Assembly (NCBI GenBank): GCA_963825525.1
Contig: CAWGTN010000001.1
Location: forward strand, 160,001-224,000
Direction: 5' to 3'
DNA length: 64,000 bases
From: an uncultured Chloroflexia bacterium
GTDB lineage: Bacteria > Chloroflexota > Limnocylindria > QHBO01
In this document: one piece after another, positions 38,215 through 47,156 of the stretch
Numbering within the stretch: the first letter of the stretch is position 1
Layout: each line of letters begins with the position of its first letter
Made by a program: the position numbers and the translations under genes
Notes under the pieces: model-generated
What the model was told of the DNA's origin: nothing
Database searches by the model: none
Seen by the model: only the letters and a program-made list of their open reading frames with translations

Positions 38215-39046
38215 TCGACTGCAGCACCGCGCCGTGATGCCGGGGCTTCTCCTGCTTCTCCTGAGCGCCGCATGGCTGGCTCCCGACGTGTCGGGGCTGC
38301 GCATGGACGCAGGCGATTCGCCGGCTGCCGCGGGATTCACGACCGCACTCGACGGACTCGAGCCGGACCCGCTGGTGCTCATCGGGTTCGATCCGGACGT
38401 CGGCACGTATGCCGAGATCCGACCGACCGTGCGGGCAGTCATGGCGGACCTCCTTGATCGCGGAGCCCGACTCGCCTTCGTCTCGGTGACGGTCGAGGGT
38501 CGTGCCCTCGCGAGTGCCGAGCTGGTGCGCCTCGGGCGGGCCGAGGTGGATGCCACCAGGATCCTGGACCTTGGGTTCGTAACGGGTGCCGAGGCTGCCC
38601 TCGTCGACCTCACCCGAGATCTTCGGGCCGAGGACGGCATCGGCGGCCGAGCGTTCGCTCGCGAGGCGGCCGACGGGATCGCCGCGTTCGACGCCATCGT
38701 GGTCGTGGGAGGCAATGACCTCGGACCCCGATCGTGGGTCGAGCAGGTGGCCCCGCGGGTGGCGTCCATCCCGCTGCTTGCCGTGACTCCCACCGTGCTC
38801 CTCCCCGAGGTTCAGCCCTATCTGGCGAGCGGGCAGCTGAGCGGGTTGATCGGAACGCTGCGGGACGGCGCCTCGTACCGATCGTCCATCGACGTCGGCA
38901 ACCTTGGCCGGTTCCTCGAGACCCGAGAGCCGAAGGTGCTCCCGGTCCTCATCGGGATCGTGGTGGCCGTCCTGCTGCTAGTCCATGCCCTGGCGCGACG
39001 CCTGCGCCCGGCGGTGCGGGCCAGCCACGAGCGCGGCTCATCGTGA
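38207..39046 (+). CDS. Membrane-anchored alpha/beta protein (279 aa)
   Basis: Overlaps the previous stop; hydrophobic termini; FDP...EIRP, DLGFVTG, PYLASGQLSGLIG. Confidence 0.75.
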   Translation: MSDRLQHRAVMPGLLLLLLSAAWLAPDVSGLRMDAGDSPAAAGFTTALDGLEPDPLVLIGFDPDVGTYAEIRPTVRAVMADLLDRGARLAFVSVTVEGRALASAELVRLGRAEVDATRILDLGFVTGAEAALVDLTRDLRAEDGIGGRAFAREAADGIAAFDAIVVVGGNDLGPRSWVEQVAPRVASIPLLAVTPTVLLPEVQPYLASGQLSGLIGTLRDGASYRSSIDVGNLGRFLETREPKVLPVLIGIVVAVLLLVHALARRLRPAVRASHERGSS

Positions 39047-39687
39047 ACGGCATGTTCGGCGCCGATCCGGCCGGTACCGCGGCCACGTGGGTGGCTGCCG
39101 CGGCGACCGTCGTGGTCCTCGCCTCCCTGCTCGGTGAGCGACGGATGTTCGGCTGGTCGCAGCACCTGTTGGCCGGGCTGGCGACCGGCTTCCTGGCGCT
39201 CGTTGCGCTGCGCGAGGTGATCGCGCCACGCGTCCTCCAGCCGCTGGCCTCCGACCCTGCTGGCCGCCCCGACCTGTGGCTGGGCATTGTGCTGGTGGCG
39301 GTCGTGGCCATCGCACCCTGGCTGCCCCGACGGGTCGCGGTGATTCCGGCGTCGATCGCCGTCGGGTCCCTGGCGGCGTTCGCCCTCGGCGGCGCGGTGA
39401 TCGGCACGCTCCTGCCGCAGCTGGACGCGTCGATCGTGCGGTCCGGCCCCACGCCCGGCGCGACGGTCCTCGGCGTGCTCGGTGCGCTGACGACGGGCCT
39501 CGTGCTGCTCGGGTTCGTGCACGGCGTGCCACGAGGTCGAGTCCTGGCGACCGCCGCGGGGACGGGCCGTTGGCTGCTCCTGGGGGGGCTTGGCACCTGG
39601 CTCGGCTACCTCCTCGTATCGCGCCTCGTCCTCCTCACCGATCGGGTGGGCTTCCTCCTGGGCGACTGGCTGGGGCTCGTGCCATGA
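39043..39687 (+). CDS. Polytopic membrane protein (214 aa, ~6 TM)
   Basis: GTGA overlap; WVAAAATVVVLASLLGE...QHLLAGLATG; C-terminal SRLVLLTDRV. Confidence 0.75.
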   Translation: MNGMFGADPAGTAATWVAAAATVVVLASLLGERRMFGWSQHLLAGLATGFLALVALREVIAPRVLQPLASDPAGRPDLWLGIVLVAVVAIAPWLPRRVAVIPASIAVGSLAAFALGGAVIGTLLPQLDASIVRSGPTPGATVLGVLGALTTGLVLLGFVHGVPRGRVLATAAGTGRWLLLGGLGTWLGYLLVSRLVLLTDRVGFLLGDWLGLVP

Positions 39688-41321
39688 GCGGCCTCCGTCC
39701 GCGGGCCGAAATGGCCCTGCTGTTGGACATCGGATCGGCATGGGCCAAGGCCGGGGTGATCGGGCAGGCCGGGGGCCGATGGCGGCTGGTGGCGCACGTC
39801 GCCCAACCCACGGCATGGGGATCGGCGGCGCTCCGCGATGCACTGGTGGACCAGCTGACACGGGTTGCCGATCCGCGATTGGTGGGCCACGTCGACGCGC
39901 TCCTGGCCGATGCGCGTCGCATCGAGTGCCACACCGCACGTCCGCCGCGCCTGGCGATCATCGCGGTCTCTCGCGAGCTTTCAGGTGGAACAGCCCGCCG
40001 TGCCGCGGAAGCCGCCGGCTGGCAGGTGGCCGAGTTCGTGACATTGGACGACGGACGCGATCTGGCCGACCGACTCGCGACGCTCCAGGCGGCCGAGGTG
40101 GACACCTGGCTCCTGGCGGGCGGATTCGAGGGCACCCGCAGCCCGCGCGCGCTCGAGGCGGCGGCACTGGTTGCCGCGGCCAGGCGTCCCGGCAACGGCC
40201 GCGTCGTCTGGGCCGGCTCTGCCGAGCTCGGTCCCGAGGTCGCCGACCTGTTCGAGCCCGATGCCACGGCATTCGTCGCCAATCCGCGCCCCGACGCCCG
40301 CCGTGAAGACCCCGGGCCGCTGAGAGATCACCTCGTCGCCCTGCTGCGCGATGTCGTCACCGGCACGGACGAGACGCATCTCGCATCGGCCACGTTCGGT
40401 CGGGCGGTGGGGGCGCTCTCGTCGATCACCGGCCTCCGCATCCTGGGCGTTGACCTTGGGGCCGCGTCCGCGGTCAGGGTGCTGGCCGAACCAGACGGCA
40501 GCGTCGCAGGTCGCGTCAGGGCTGGAGGGGGCCTGGCGGGAACCATCCTCGTTCCCGGCGCCGCGGCCCGCGTCTCTCGGCTGGCCGGTGACGCCGGTGA
40601 CGATGCGACCGTGGCGGACCTGCTGCAGACCATCCGAGCGCGCCCGGCCACGCTGCCACAGACCGCGGAGGAGCTGTCAGCCATGCAGACTGCCGCGCGC
40701 GTGCAGCTGGCGGCCATGATGGACGAGGGGCTTGACGCTCCCCTCGACCTCGTCGTCGGCGCGGGCCGCGTGCTGGCCGCTGCGCCCCGACCCTCGCAGG
40801 CGGCGCGGATGCTGCTCGACGGCGTTCGCCCGATGGGGGTGACGCAGCTGGCGGTCGATGCCGGCGCGGTCCTTGGCCCGCTCGGATCGCTCCCCGACGA
40901 CCAGGTCCGGGAGGGCGTCTCACTGCTCGGCGAGGACGTGCTCTTGCCGCTCGGGACGTCCGTGGTGTGCCGTGGCGGCGAGCCGGGCCGGCCCGCCATG
41001 CGGGTCACCATGCACCGGGCGGGCTGGCCATCAGTTGGACCGATCGAGGTGCGGGTGGGCCAGATCCAGGTCATGCCGCTGCCGCGCGGTCAACAGGCCG
41101 AGATCACCGTGGAGCCGCTGCATGGCGTGAGTCTCGGTACCGCGCGACGCTCACCGCGCATCAGCGCCACCGTGTCGGGCGGAGCGGTGGGACTCATTCT
41201 GGACGCACGCGGAGTTCCGATCGGCCTGCCGCGCCGGGGCGATGACCGTCGAGAGGTCCTGGCCGGCTGGCGCGAGGTGCTGGAGCGCGATCCCGGACAC
41301 GGCTCGGAGCGTGTCGCATGA
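39684..41321 (+). CDS. GlmL/MutL ('glutamate mutase L')-like ASKHA/actin-fold protein (545 aa)
   Basis: LLDIGSAWAK (phosphate-1-like), WLLAGG, GVDLGAAS (phosphate-2-like), C-terminal GGAVGLILDARG. Confidence 0.75.
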   Translation: MSGLRPRAEMALLLDIGSAWAKAGVIGQAGGRWRLVAHVAQPTAWGSAALRDALVDQLTRVADPRLVGHVDALLADARRIECHTARPPRLAIIAVSRELSGGTARRAAEAAGWQVAEFVTLDDGRDLADRLATLQAAEVDTWLLAGGFEGTRSPRALEAAALVAAARRPGNGRVVWAGSAELGPEVADLFEPDATAFVANPRPDARREDPGPLRDHLVALLRDVVTGTDETHLASATFGRAVGALSSITGLRILGVDLGAASAVRVLAEPDGSVAGRVRAGGGLAGTILVPGAAARVSRLAGDAGDDATVADLLQTIRARPATLPQTAEELSAMQTAARVQLAAMMDEGLDAPLDLVVGAGRVLAAAPRPSQAARMLLDGVRPMGVTQLAVDAGAVLGPLGSLPDDQVREGVSLLGEDVLLPLGTSVVCRGGEPGRPAMRVTMHRAGWPSVGPIEVRVGQIQVMPLPRGQQAEITVEPLHGVSLGTARRSPRISATVSGGAVGLILDARGVPIGLPRRGDDRREVLAGWREVLERDPGHGSERVA

Positions 41322-42352
41322 GCGTCATCCACCGCATCCGGCTGCCGGCCGGCGCCGCACCGATGGTCGAGCCGGGCCATCGCGTCGAGCCCGCCGAGGT
41401 GCTCGCAACGCGGCGAACGCCGCGCGGCGGCCTGGCGCTGCCGATTGCCGGTCCACTGCGCCGTTCGGCGTCGTCCGCCGCCGCCTGCATCGTGGTGCGT
41501 CCCGGGGCGTCGCTCGAGGCCGGCGCGATCCTGGCGGACGATGGTCGTGGCCGGCAGGTGAAGGTCACGGAGGCGTGCATTCTGCTCGGATACGATCGCG
41601 ACGACGGTACCGCGCTGGTCGCACCGCTCAGCGGCAGTGAGCCGGTCGTGGGGCACGTGCGCGGCGAGGTGGTGTCCCTGGAGCCGGATGCGGTCGAGCT
41701 GCGGGTCGACGGCGCGCTGGTCACCGGAGTCGGTGGGTCCGGCAATGCGGTGCACGGCGAGCTCCGCGTAGCCGTCCACGATCCGGGCGACGAGCTGCGG
41801 GCCGGCGCGATCGACATCGGCGCCACGGGACGCATCCTGGTCGGCGGCTCGCGGGCATCGGCGGAGACACTCACCCGGGCACGAGCCATGGGGGTCGCGG
41901 GCATCGTGCTCGGCGGCATCCTCGACAAAGAGCTGCGCGACTTCGAGACGACGCAGCGGCGCAGGAGGGAGATCGGAGGCGTGCGGGGCGATTTCGCCGT
42001 GCTGCTCCTCGAAGGCTACGGCAAGGTCGGACTGGATCCGGGGCTCTTCGACTGGTTCAGGCGGCACGACGGGCACCTGGCAAGCCTGTTCGGCGCCGAT
42101 GCAAGGCTGTACGTGTACGACGCCGATCCACCGCCGATGCGCCGGATGCTCGCGCGTCCGGGCGACCGGGTGCTCGCCCATCGCCGGCCGCATGCCGGCC
42201 AGACCGGGGAGCTGATTCGCATCCTGGACGAGCTCCATGCATTCCCATCCGGGGTGGTGGCGCGAGGGGCCCTGGTCAGGTTCGACGATGGCCAGTCGGC
42301 GATGATCCCGCTGGCCAATCTCGAGGCCACGGAACCCCGCCCGGGCGCGTGA
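41318..42352 (+). CDS. Hypothetical protein with barrel-sandwich-hybrid-like N-terminus and KOW/SH3-like C-terminus
   Basis: ATGA overlap; VEPGHRVEPAEVLA and VRPGASLEAGAILA repeats, GVAGIVLGGI, LLEGYG, PGDRV...IPLANLE. Confidence 0.7.
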   Translation: MSVIHRIRLPAGAAPMVEPGHRVEPAEVLATRRTPRGGLALPIAGPLRRSASSAAACIVVRPGASLEAGAILADDGRGRQVKVTEACILLGYDRDDGTALVAPLSGSEPVVGHVRGEVVSLEPDAVELRVDGALVTGVGGSGNAVHGELRVAVHDPGDELRAGAIDIGATGRILVGGSRASAETLTRARAMGVAGIVLGGILDKELRDFETTQRRRREIGGVRGDFAVLLLEGYGKVGLDPGLFDWFRRHDGHLASLFGADARLYVYDADPPPMRRMLARPGDRVLAHRRPHAGQTGELIRILDELHAFPSGVVARGALVRFDDGQSAMIPLANLEATEPRPGA

Positions 42353-42364
42353 GCGCTGCGTTCC

Positions 42365-42370
42365 TATACT
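42365..42370 (+). promoter_or_regulatory. -10 element of a probable leaderless tsaE transcript
   Basis: TATACT 7 nt before ATG 42378; no SD sequence. Confidence 0.6.
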
Positions 42371-42377
42371 TCCCCGA

Positions 42378-42875
42378 ATGGAGCAGTCGACCGTGCGGCC
42401 CTCGGCCGCGGGCTCCCGGGTGAGCACCGGGGCTGACGAAACGCAGGAGATCGGACGCCGCATCGGGGAGCTGGCGCCGGCCTCGACCGTGCTGGCCCTC
42501 ATCGGGGCGCTGGGTGCCGGCAAGACCCAGCTGGCCAAGGGCGTGGCGCGCGGTCTGGAGATCACGGGGGTCGTCAATAGCCCGACGTTCATCCTCATGA
42601 ACGAGCATGTCGGCCGGCTGCGGATGTATCACATCGACGCGTATCGGCTCGCCGAGCCCGAGGAGGCGGTGGCGGCGGGGCTGCTCGACGACCGTCAGGC
42701 GGACGGCATCACGGTGATCGAGTGGGCCGATCGTCTCGACGGATGGCTGCCGAACGAGCGCCTCGAGATTCGCTTGCAGGCGCGACCGGGCGAGCCCGAG
42801 CACCGCGAGCTGCACTGGCGCGCCATCGGCGAGGCACATGCCCGCCTGGCGACGGAATCCCTCGGCGCGCCATGA
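42378..42875 (+). CDS. tsaE: t6A biosynthesis ATPase TsaE
   Basis: GALGAGKT, SPTF, HIDAYRL, IEW. Confidence 0.97.
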   Translation: MEQSTVRPSAAGSRVSTGADETQEIGRRIGELAPASTVLALIGALGAGKTQLAKGVARGLEITGVVNSPTFILMNEHVGRLRMYHIDAYRLAEPEEAVAAGLLDDRQADGITVIEWADRLDGWLPNERLEIRLQARPGEPEHRELHWRAIGEAHARLATESLGAP

Positions 42876-43498
42876 TCATCGCCTTCGACGGTGCGTCAAC
42901 CGACCTCTCGATCGCGCTTGCCGAGCCTGGCGGCGCTCCGATTGCCGATGTCGCATGGAGCAGCGCACACCGGCAGTCGGCCGAGCTCCTGCCGCGGCTC
43001 CTCGCACTGCTCGATGACGCGGAGCGAACGCTGCCGGAGACGACGGCGATCGCCGTGGGCGTCGGCCCGGGATCGTTCACCGGCCTCCGCGTGGCCGTCG
43101 CGCTGGCCAAGGGCCTCGCAAGCGGGCTTCGCGTGCCGATCTTCGGCGTGCCGAGCCTCGTGGCCTGGCTCGCCGCGGATTCCTCTGCGTCAGCCGCCAT
43201 CGCTCGTGCCGGCGCGAGGGACGCGTACGTGCTGGCACGTGGGGAAGAGGCCCCGCTCATCACCGACGCGGCCGACCTCGGGACGTGGCAGGGGGTCGTC
43301 GCACCGGCCGACGTTGCGGGGGCGTTCGGGCTGGTCCACGCTCGCTCGCCGCGAGCCGCGGCCGCGATCGCAGCACAGGCCGCGACCCGGATGCGGCAGG
43401 ACCCTGCCGGTGATGACCTTGGGGCCCTGGAGCCGCTCTACCTGCGCGGCCCGCGCGGGGTCGCGGTCGAGAGCCAGGAGCGCGTTCGATGGCTCTGA
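42872..43498 (+). CDS. tsaB: t6A biosynthesis protein TsaB
   Basis: VGPGSFTGLRV, GVPSL, EPLYLR. Confidence 0.95.
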   Translation: MIIAFDGASTDLSIALAEPGGAPIADVAWSSAHRQSAELLPRLLALLDDAERTLPETTAIAVGVGPGSFTGLRVAVALAKGLASGLRVPIFGVPSLVAWLAADSSASAAIARAGARDAYVLARGEEAPLITDAADLGTWQGVVAPADVAGAFGLVHARSPRAAAAIAAQAATRMRQDPAGDDLGALEPLYLRGPRGVAVESQERVRWL

Positions 43499-44001
43499 CC
43501 GCGCGCGTGGTGGTCGACCCGATGCGCATGGACGACGTCGCGGCGGTCCATGAGATCGAGCGGCTGAGCTTCAGGACGCCGTGGCCGGCCTACGCATTCG
43601 AGCAGGAGCTGCGTGCCAATCGGCTGGCCCGCTACATCGTGGCGCGAGCGGGTGATCGGATCGTGGGGTTTGCCGGCATCTGGATGATGGTCGACGAGGC
43701 CCATGTGACGACGTTCGGAGTCCATCCCGATTGGCGACGCCAGGCGATCGGGCGTCAGCTGCTGTTGAACCTCGTCGAGCTGGCGGACAGCATCGGGGCG
43801 CGCCGCATGACCCTCGAGGTCCGAGAGTCAAATGTCGCGGCCCAGGCGCTCTACCAACGCTTCGGGTTCGAGGTCGTGGGCCGTCGGAAGGCGTACTACA
43901 GCGACGATGGCGAGGATGCACTGGTCATGACCACGCCGGCTCTCGGCGAGGCCGGCATGCGGGCCACGGTCGCCATCGAACGCGAGCGCCTGGCCGGATG
44001 A
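43489..44001 (+). CDS. rimI: Ribosomal protein S18 alanine N-acetyltransferase
   Basis: IERLSF.TPW, EAHVTT, LEVRESN, YYSDDGEDALVM. Confidence 0.95.
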   Translation: MALTARVVVDPMRMDDVAAVHEIERLSFRTPWPAYAFEQELRANRLARYIVARAGDRIVGFAGIWMMVDEAHVTTFGVHPDWRRQAIGRQLLLNLVELADSIGARRMTLEVRESNVAAQALYQRFGFEVVGRRKAYYSDDGEDALVMTTPALGEAGMRATVAIERERLAG

Positions 44002-45041
44002 GCGCGCCCCGGATCCTGGCCATCGAGTCATCCTGTGACGAGACCGGCGTGGCGGTGGTGGTCGGTGGTCGGCGGATCGAGGCCAACCAGGTAGCGACGC
44101 AGGTGGCGCTCCACGCCCAGACCGGGGGGATCGTGCCCGAGGTCGCCGCCCGTCAGCAGCTGCGCTGGATCATTCCCACCCTCGATGCGGCACTGGCGGA
44201 GGCCGATGCGGACTGGGGCCAGATCGACGCGGTGGCCGTGACCTTCGGGCCGGGCCTCATCGGATCCCTGCTGGTCGGCGTCAACGTCGCCAAGGCGCTG
44301 GCCATCACCCACGACCTGCCCCTCATCGGGGTCAACCACATCGAGGGCCACATCTATGCCAACTGGCTCAGCGACGCCGCCGCCGGCTCGCCGCTCCCCG
44401 ATGAGCCCGAGTTTCCGCTCCTGTGCCTGGTGGTCAGCGGCGGGCATACCCAGCTCGTGCTGATGCGTGACCACGGGCGCTACACACTGCTGGGTCAGAC
44501 GGTGGACGATGCCGCGGGCGAGGCCTTCGACAAGGTCGGGCGCCTGCTCGATCTGCCGTACCCGGGCGGGCCGGCCATCAGCGCCGCGGCCGAGGGAGCC
44601 ACCGCCGTCACGCGCTTCCCCCGTGCGCGGACGGCCGGTCCGTACGACTTCAGCTTCTCGGGATTGAAGACCGCGGTGCTGCGCGAGGTGGAGGGGTACC
44701 GGGAGCGCGGTGAGCCGATCCCGGTTGACGGCATCGCCGCCGCGTTCGAGGAGGCAGTGGTCGACGCACTGGCCACGAAGACGCTCGCCGCCGCGCGCGA
44801 TCACGGCGTGGCGACCGTCGCAATGGGCGGTGGAGTCGCCGCGAACCGGGCGCTGCGGGCGACCCTGGACGAGCGCCTGCGCTCGGAGGGGCTGTCACTC
44901 CGAGTTCCGCGCCCGGCGTGGTGCACGGACAATGGCGCCATGATCGGCGCCGCGGCCGGCTTCCGATACGCCGCCGGCGAACGTTCGGACGCCGCGCTCG
45001 AGGCCGTCCCGAACCTTGCCCTTGAATGGACCCAGGGGTGA
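43998..45041 (+). CDS. tsaD: t6A transferase TsaD
   Basis: IESSCDETG, VNHIEGH, VSGGHT, DDAAGEAFDK, CTDNGAMI. Confidence 0.98.
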   Translation: MSAPRILAIESSCDETGVAVVVGGRRIEANQVATQVALHAQTGGIVPEVAARQQLRWIIPTLDAALAEADADWGQIDAVAVTFGPGLIGSLLVGVNVAKALAITHDLPLIGVNHIEGHIYANWLSDAAAGSPLPDEPEFPLLCLVVSGGHTQLVLMRDHGRYTLLGQTVDDAAGEAFDKVGRLLDLPYPGGPAISAAAEGATAVTRFPRARTAGPYDFSFSGLKTAVLREVEGYRERGEPIPVDGIAAAFEEAVVDALATKTLAAARDHGVATVAMGGGVAANRALRATLDERLRSEGLSLRVPRPAWCTDNGAMIGAAAGFRYAAGERSDAALEAVPNLALEWTQG

Positions 45042-45907
45042 GCGACCCGCTTGCCCCGGACCGTCTCGTTCCGCCAACGCCCGGTCAGCTCCGGCGCCTC
45101 ATGGGTGCGGAGCGACTCAGGCCACGAAAGAGCCTGAGCCAGAACTTCCTCACCGACCCGGAAGCACTCGACGCGATCGTCGCGGCCGCGGAACTGGAGC
45201 CTGGCGACAACGTGGTCGAGATCGGTCCCGGCCTCGGAGTGCTCACCCGTCGTCTGCTGGCGGCGGGAGCATCGGTCCTTGCCGTCGAGGTGGATCCGCG
45301 CCTGGCCGAGTACCTGCGACGCGAGCTGTACGCGGTCGAACGATTCGAGCTCATCGAGGCCGATGCGCTGTCGCTTCACGCCCGCGAGATGTTCCCCGGC
45401 CAGCCATTCAAGGTGGTGGCCAACATCCCGTACCACATCACGAGTCCACTGCTGCATGCCGTGCTGGAAGGCGACCGGCCGCCGGAGCTGGTCGTGATCC
45501 TGGTCCAGCTGGAGGTCGCCGAGCGGGTTGCCGCTCCACCGGGCCGCATGAGCTACCTGTCGGTCTTCGCGCAGAACGTGGCAACGGCCGAGGTCGTGGC
45601 CCGCGTCCCGGCATCGGCGTTCGAACCCGCCCCGGATGTCGACTCCGCCGTGCTGCGCCTTCGACGCCGCGCCGACCCCGCAGTGCCGGTGGGGCCGGGC
45701 CGCGAGCCGTTCTATCGCGTGGTGCAGGCCGGCTTTCGCCAGCGCCGCAAGCAGGTGCACAACGGGCTGTCGCGTGAGCTGCCGTTCGACCGCGAAGTGA
45801 CCGACGCGGCGCTGGCGGCATGTGGCGTGGACCAGGAGCGCCGTCCGCAGACGCTGACCGTCGACGAGTGGGCGTGCCTGGCAGACCGATTGGGGCCGAT
45901 GGCGTGA
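45038..45907 (+). CDS. rsmA: 16S rRNA dimethyladenosine transferase KsgA
   Basis: KSLSQNFL, EIGPGLG, VANIPYHITS, FRQRRK. Confidence 0.97.
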   Translation: MSDPLAPDRLVPPTPGQLRRLMGAERLRPRKSLSQNFLTDPEALDAIVAAAELEPGDNVVEIGPGLGVLTRRLLAAGASVLAVEVDPRLAEYLRRELYAVERFELIEADALSLHAREMFPGQPFKVVANIPYHITSPLLHAVLEGDRPPELVVILVQLEVAERVAAPPGRMSYLSVFAQNVATAEVVARVPASAFEPAPDVDSAVLRLRRRADPAVPVGPGREPFYRVVQAGFRQRRKQVHNGLSRELPFDREVTDAALAACGVDQERRPQTLTVDEWACLADRLGPMA

Positions 45908-46728
45908 ACGCCGTCCTCAGATTGGCGGCACCGGCGAAGCTCAACCTGCGACTGAAGGTCACCGGCCGTCGATCGGACGGCTACCACCTGCTCGAGAGCA
46001 CCTTCGTGCTGCTCGAGCTGTCCGACACGCTCGAGGTCCGACCGGGCGCGGGGACCCTCGTCATCGACGGCCCCCTGTCCTCGGGCATGCCGGCGGGAGC
46101 CGCGAACCTCGCGTGGCGCGGACTCAGCGAGGCGCTCGGGCACGGCAGCGCAGCCGTGAGCCTGAACCTACACAAGCGCATTCCGGCGGCAGCGGGATTG
46201 GGTGGTGGCTCGTCGGATGCGGCGGCTGCATGGCGGCTCGGCCGGGCGTGGAAGGGCATGCCGGACGCTCCCGGACCGCAGGAGCTCGCGTCGCTGGCAG
46301 CCATCGGCGCCGACGTCCCATTTTTCGCGGCCGCCACGCCGGCCGCCACGGTCACCGGCATCGGCGAGACCGTCGAGCCCATCCCACCCAGCGTTCATCA
46401 CGTGGTGCTCGTGCACCCGCCGTTCGGCCTGGCGACGGCCGCCGTCTTCGGTGAGCTGCGGCCGGATGAGTGGGGGAGTCTCGAGAATGATCTGCTGGCG
46501 CCGGCCCGAAGGCTGCGCCCGGAGCTCCATGACCTGTTCGGCCTGATCACCGCGGCCGGCGGGCATCCGCGGCTCACCGGCTCGGGTAGCACGATCTTCA
46601 GCCTGGCGAATGACCGGCTCACGGCAACCGAGCTCGCAGAACGCCTTGGCGACGACGGCCTCCGCGCCACCGTGACCCGGACGCGCCGCGCAGCCGCTAG
46701 CATCGAGCGCATCAATGGAAATGAGTGA
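45904..46728 (+). CDS. ispE: 4-diphosphocytidyl-2-C-methyl-D-erythritol kinase
   Basis: APAKLNL, RSDGYH, GLGGGSSDAA, GADVPFF, LTGSGS. Confidence 0.94.
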   Translation: MNAVLRLAAPAKLNLRLKVTGRRSDGYHLLESTFVLLELSDTLEVRPGAGTLVIDGPLSSGMPAGAANLAWRGLSEALGHGSAAVSLNLHKRIPAAAGLGGGSSDAAAAWRLGRAWKGMPDAPGPQELASLAAIGADVPFFAAATPAATVTGIGETVEPIPPSVHHVVLVHPPFGLATAAVFGELRPDEWGSLENDLLAPARRLRPELHDLFGLITAAGGHPRLTGSGSTIFSLANDRLTATELAERLGDDGLRATVTRTRRAAASIERINGNE

Positions 46729-46735
46729 GGACTCG

Positions 46736-47122
46736 ATGCGCGAAGCGATCAGCACCGACGCCGCTCCGGCGGCAGCCGGCCCCTACAGCCAGGCCATTCG
46801 CACCGGGGAACTGGTCTTCAGTGCCGGGCAGCTGGGCCTGGACCCGGTTAGCGGCGAGTTCGTGGCGGGAGGGGTTGCCGGGCAGGCCGAGCGCGCGCTC
46901 CAGAGCCTCGACGCCATCCTCCAGGCCGCGGGCTCGGGGCTTGACCGACTGGTCAAGGTGACCGTCTACCTTGCCGATATCAGCGACTGGTCGGCGGTCA
47001 ACGAGGTCTACGCCCGCATGATCCCTGAGCCATTCCCGGCTCGGAGCGCATTCGCGGTCCGAGACCTGCCCAAGGGTGCGCTGGTCGAGATCGAAGCCAT
47101 CGCGACGACGGCGGCCGGTTGA
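46736..47122 (+). CDS. ridA: RidA/YjgF family deaminase
   Basis: GPYSQA, PARSAF, LPKGALVEIE (start 46721 or 46736). Confidence 0.93.
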   Translation: MREAISTDAAPAAAGPYSQAIRTGELVFSAGQLGLDPVSGEFVAGGVAGQAERALQSLDAILQAAGSGLDRLVKVTVYLADISDWSAVNEVYARMIPEPFPARSAFAVRDLPKGALVEIEAIATTAAG

Positions 47123-47148
47123 CGCTCCGACAAGGCCGCCCCTACCAT
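47119..47148 (+). promoter_or_regulatory. Sigma70-type promoter of a probably leaderless glmU
   Basis: TTGACG(47119-24)-18 nt-TACCAT(47143-48), 8 nt before GTG 47157. Confidence 0.7.
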
Positions 47149-47156
47149 CGGCGAAC

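Noticed and set aside
39684-41321. DNA mismatch-repair MutL or a glutamate fermentation pathway
   Set aside because: No GHKL ATPase motifs, and no mutase subunits or methylaspartase in the window
35984-42352. Recent genomic island, prophage or defence system
   Set aside because: No integrase, att repeats, nuclease motifs or visible compositional shift; it looks like a long-resident locus
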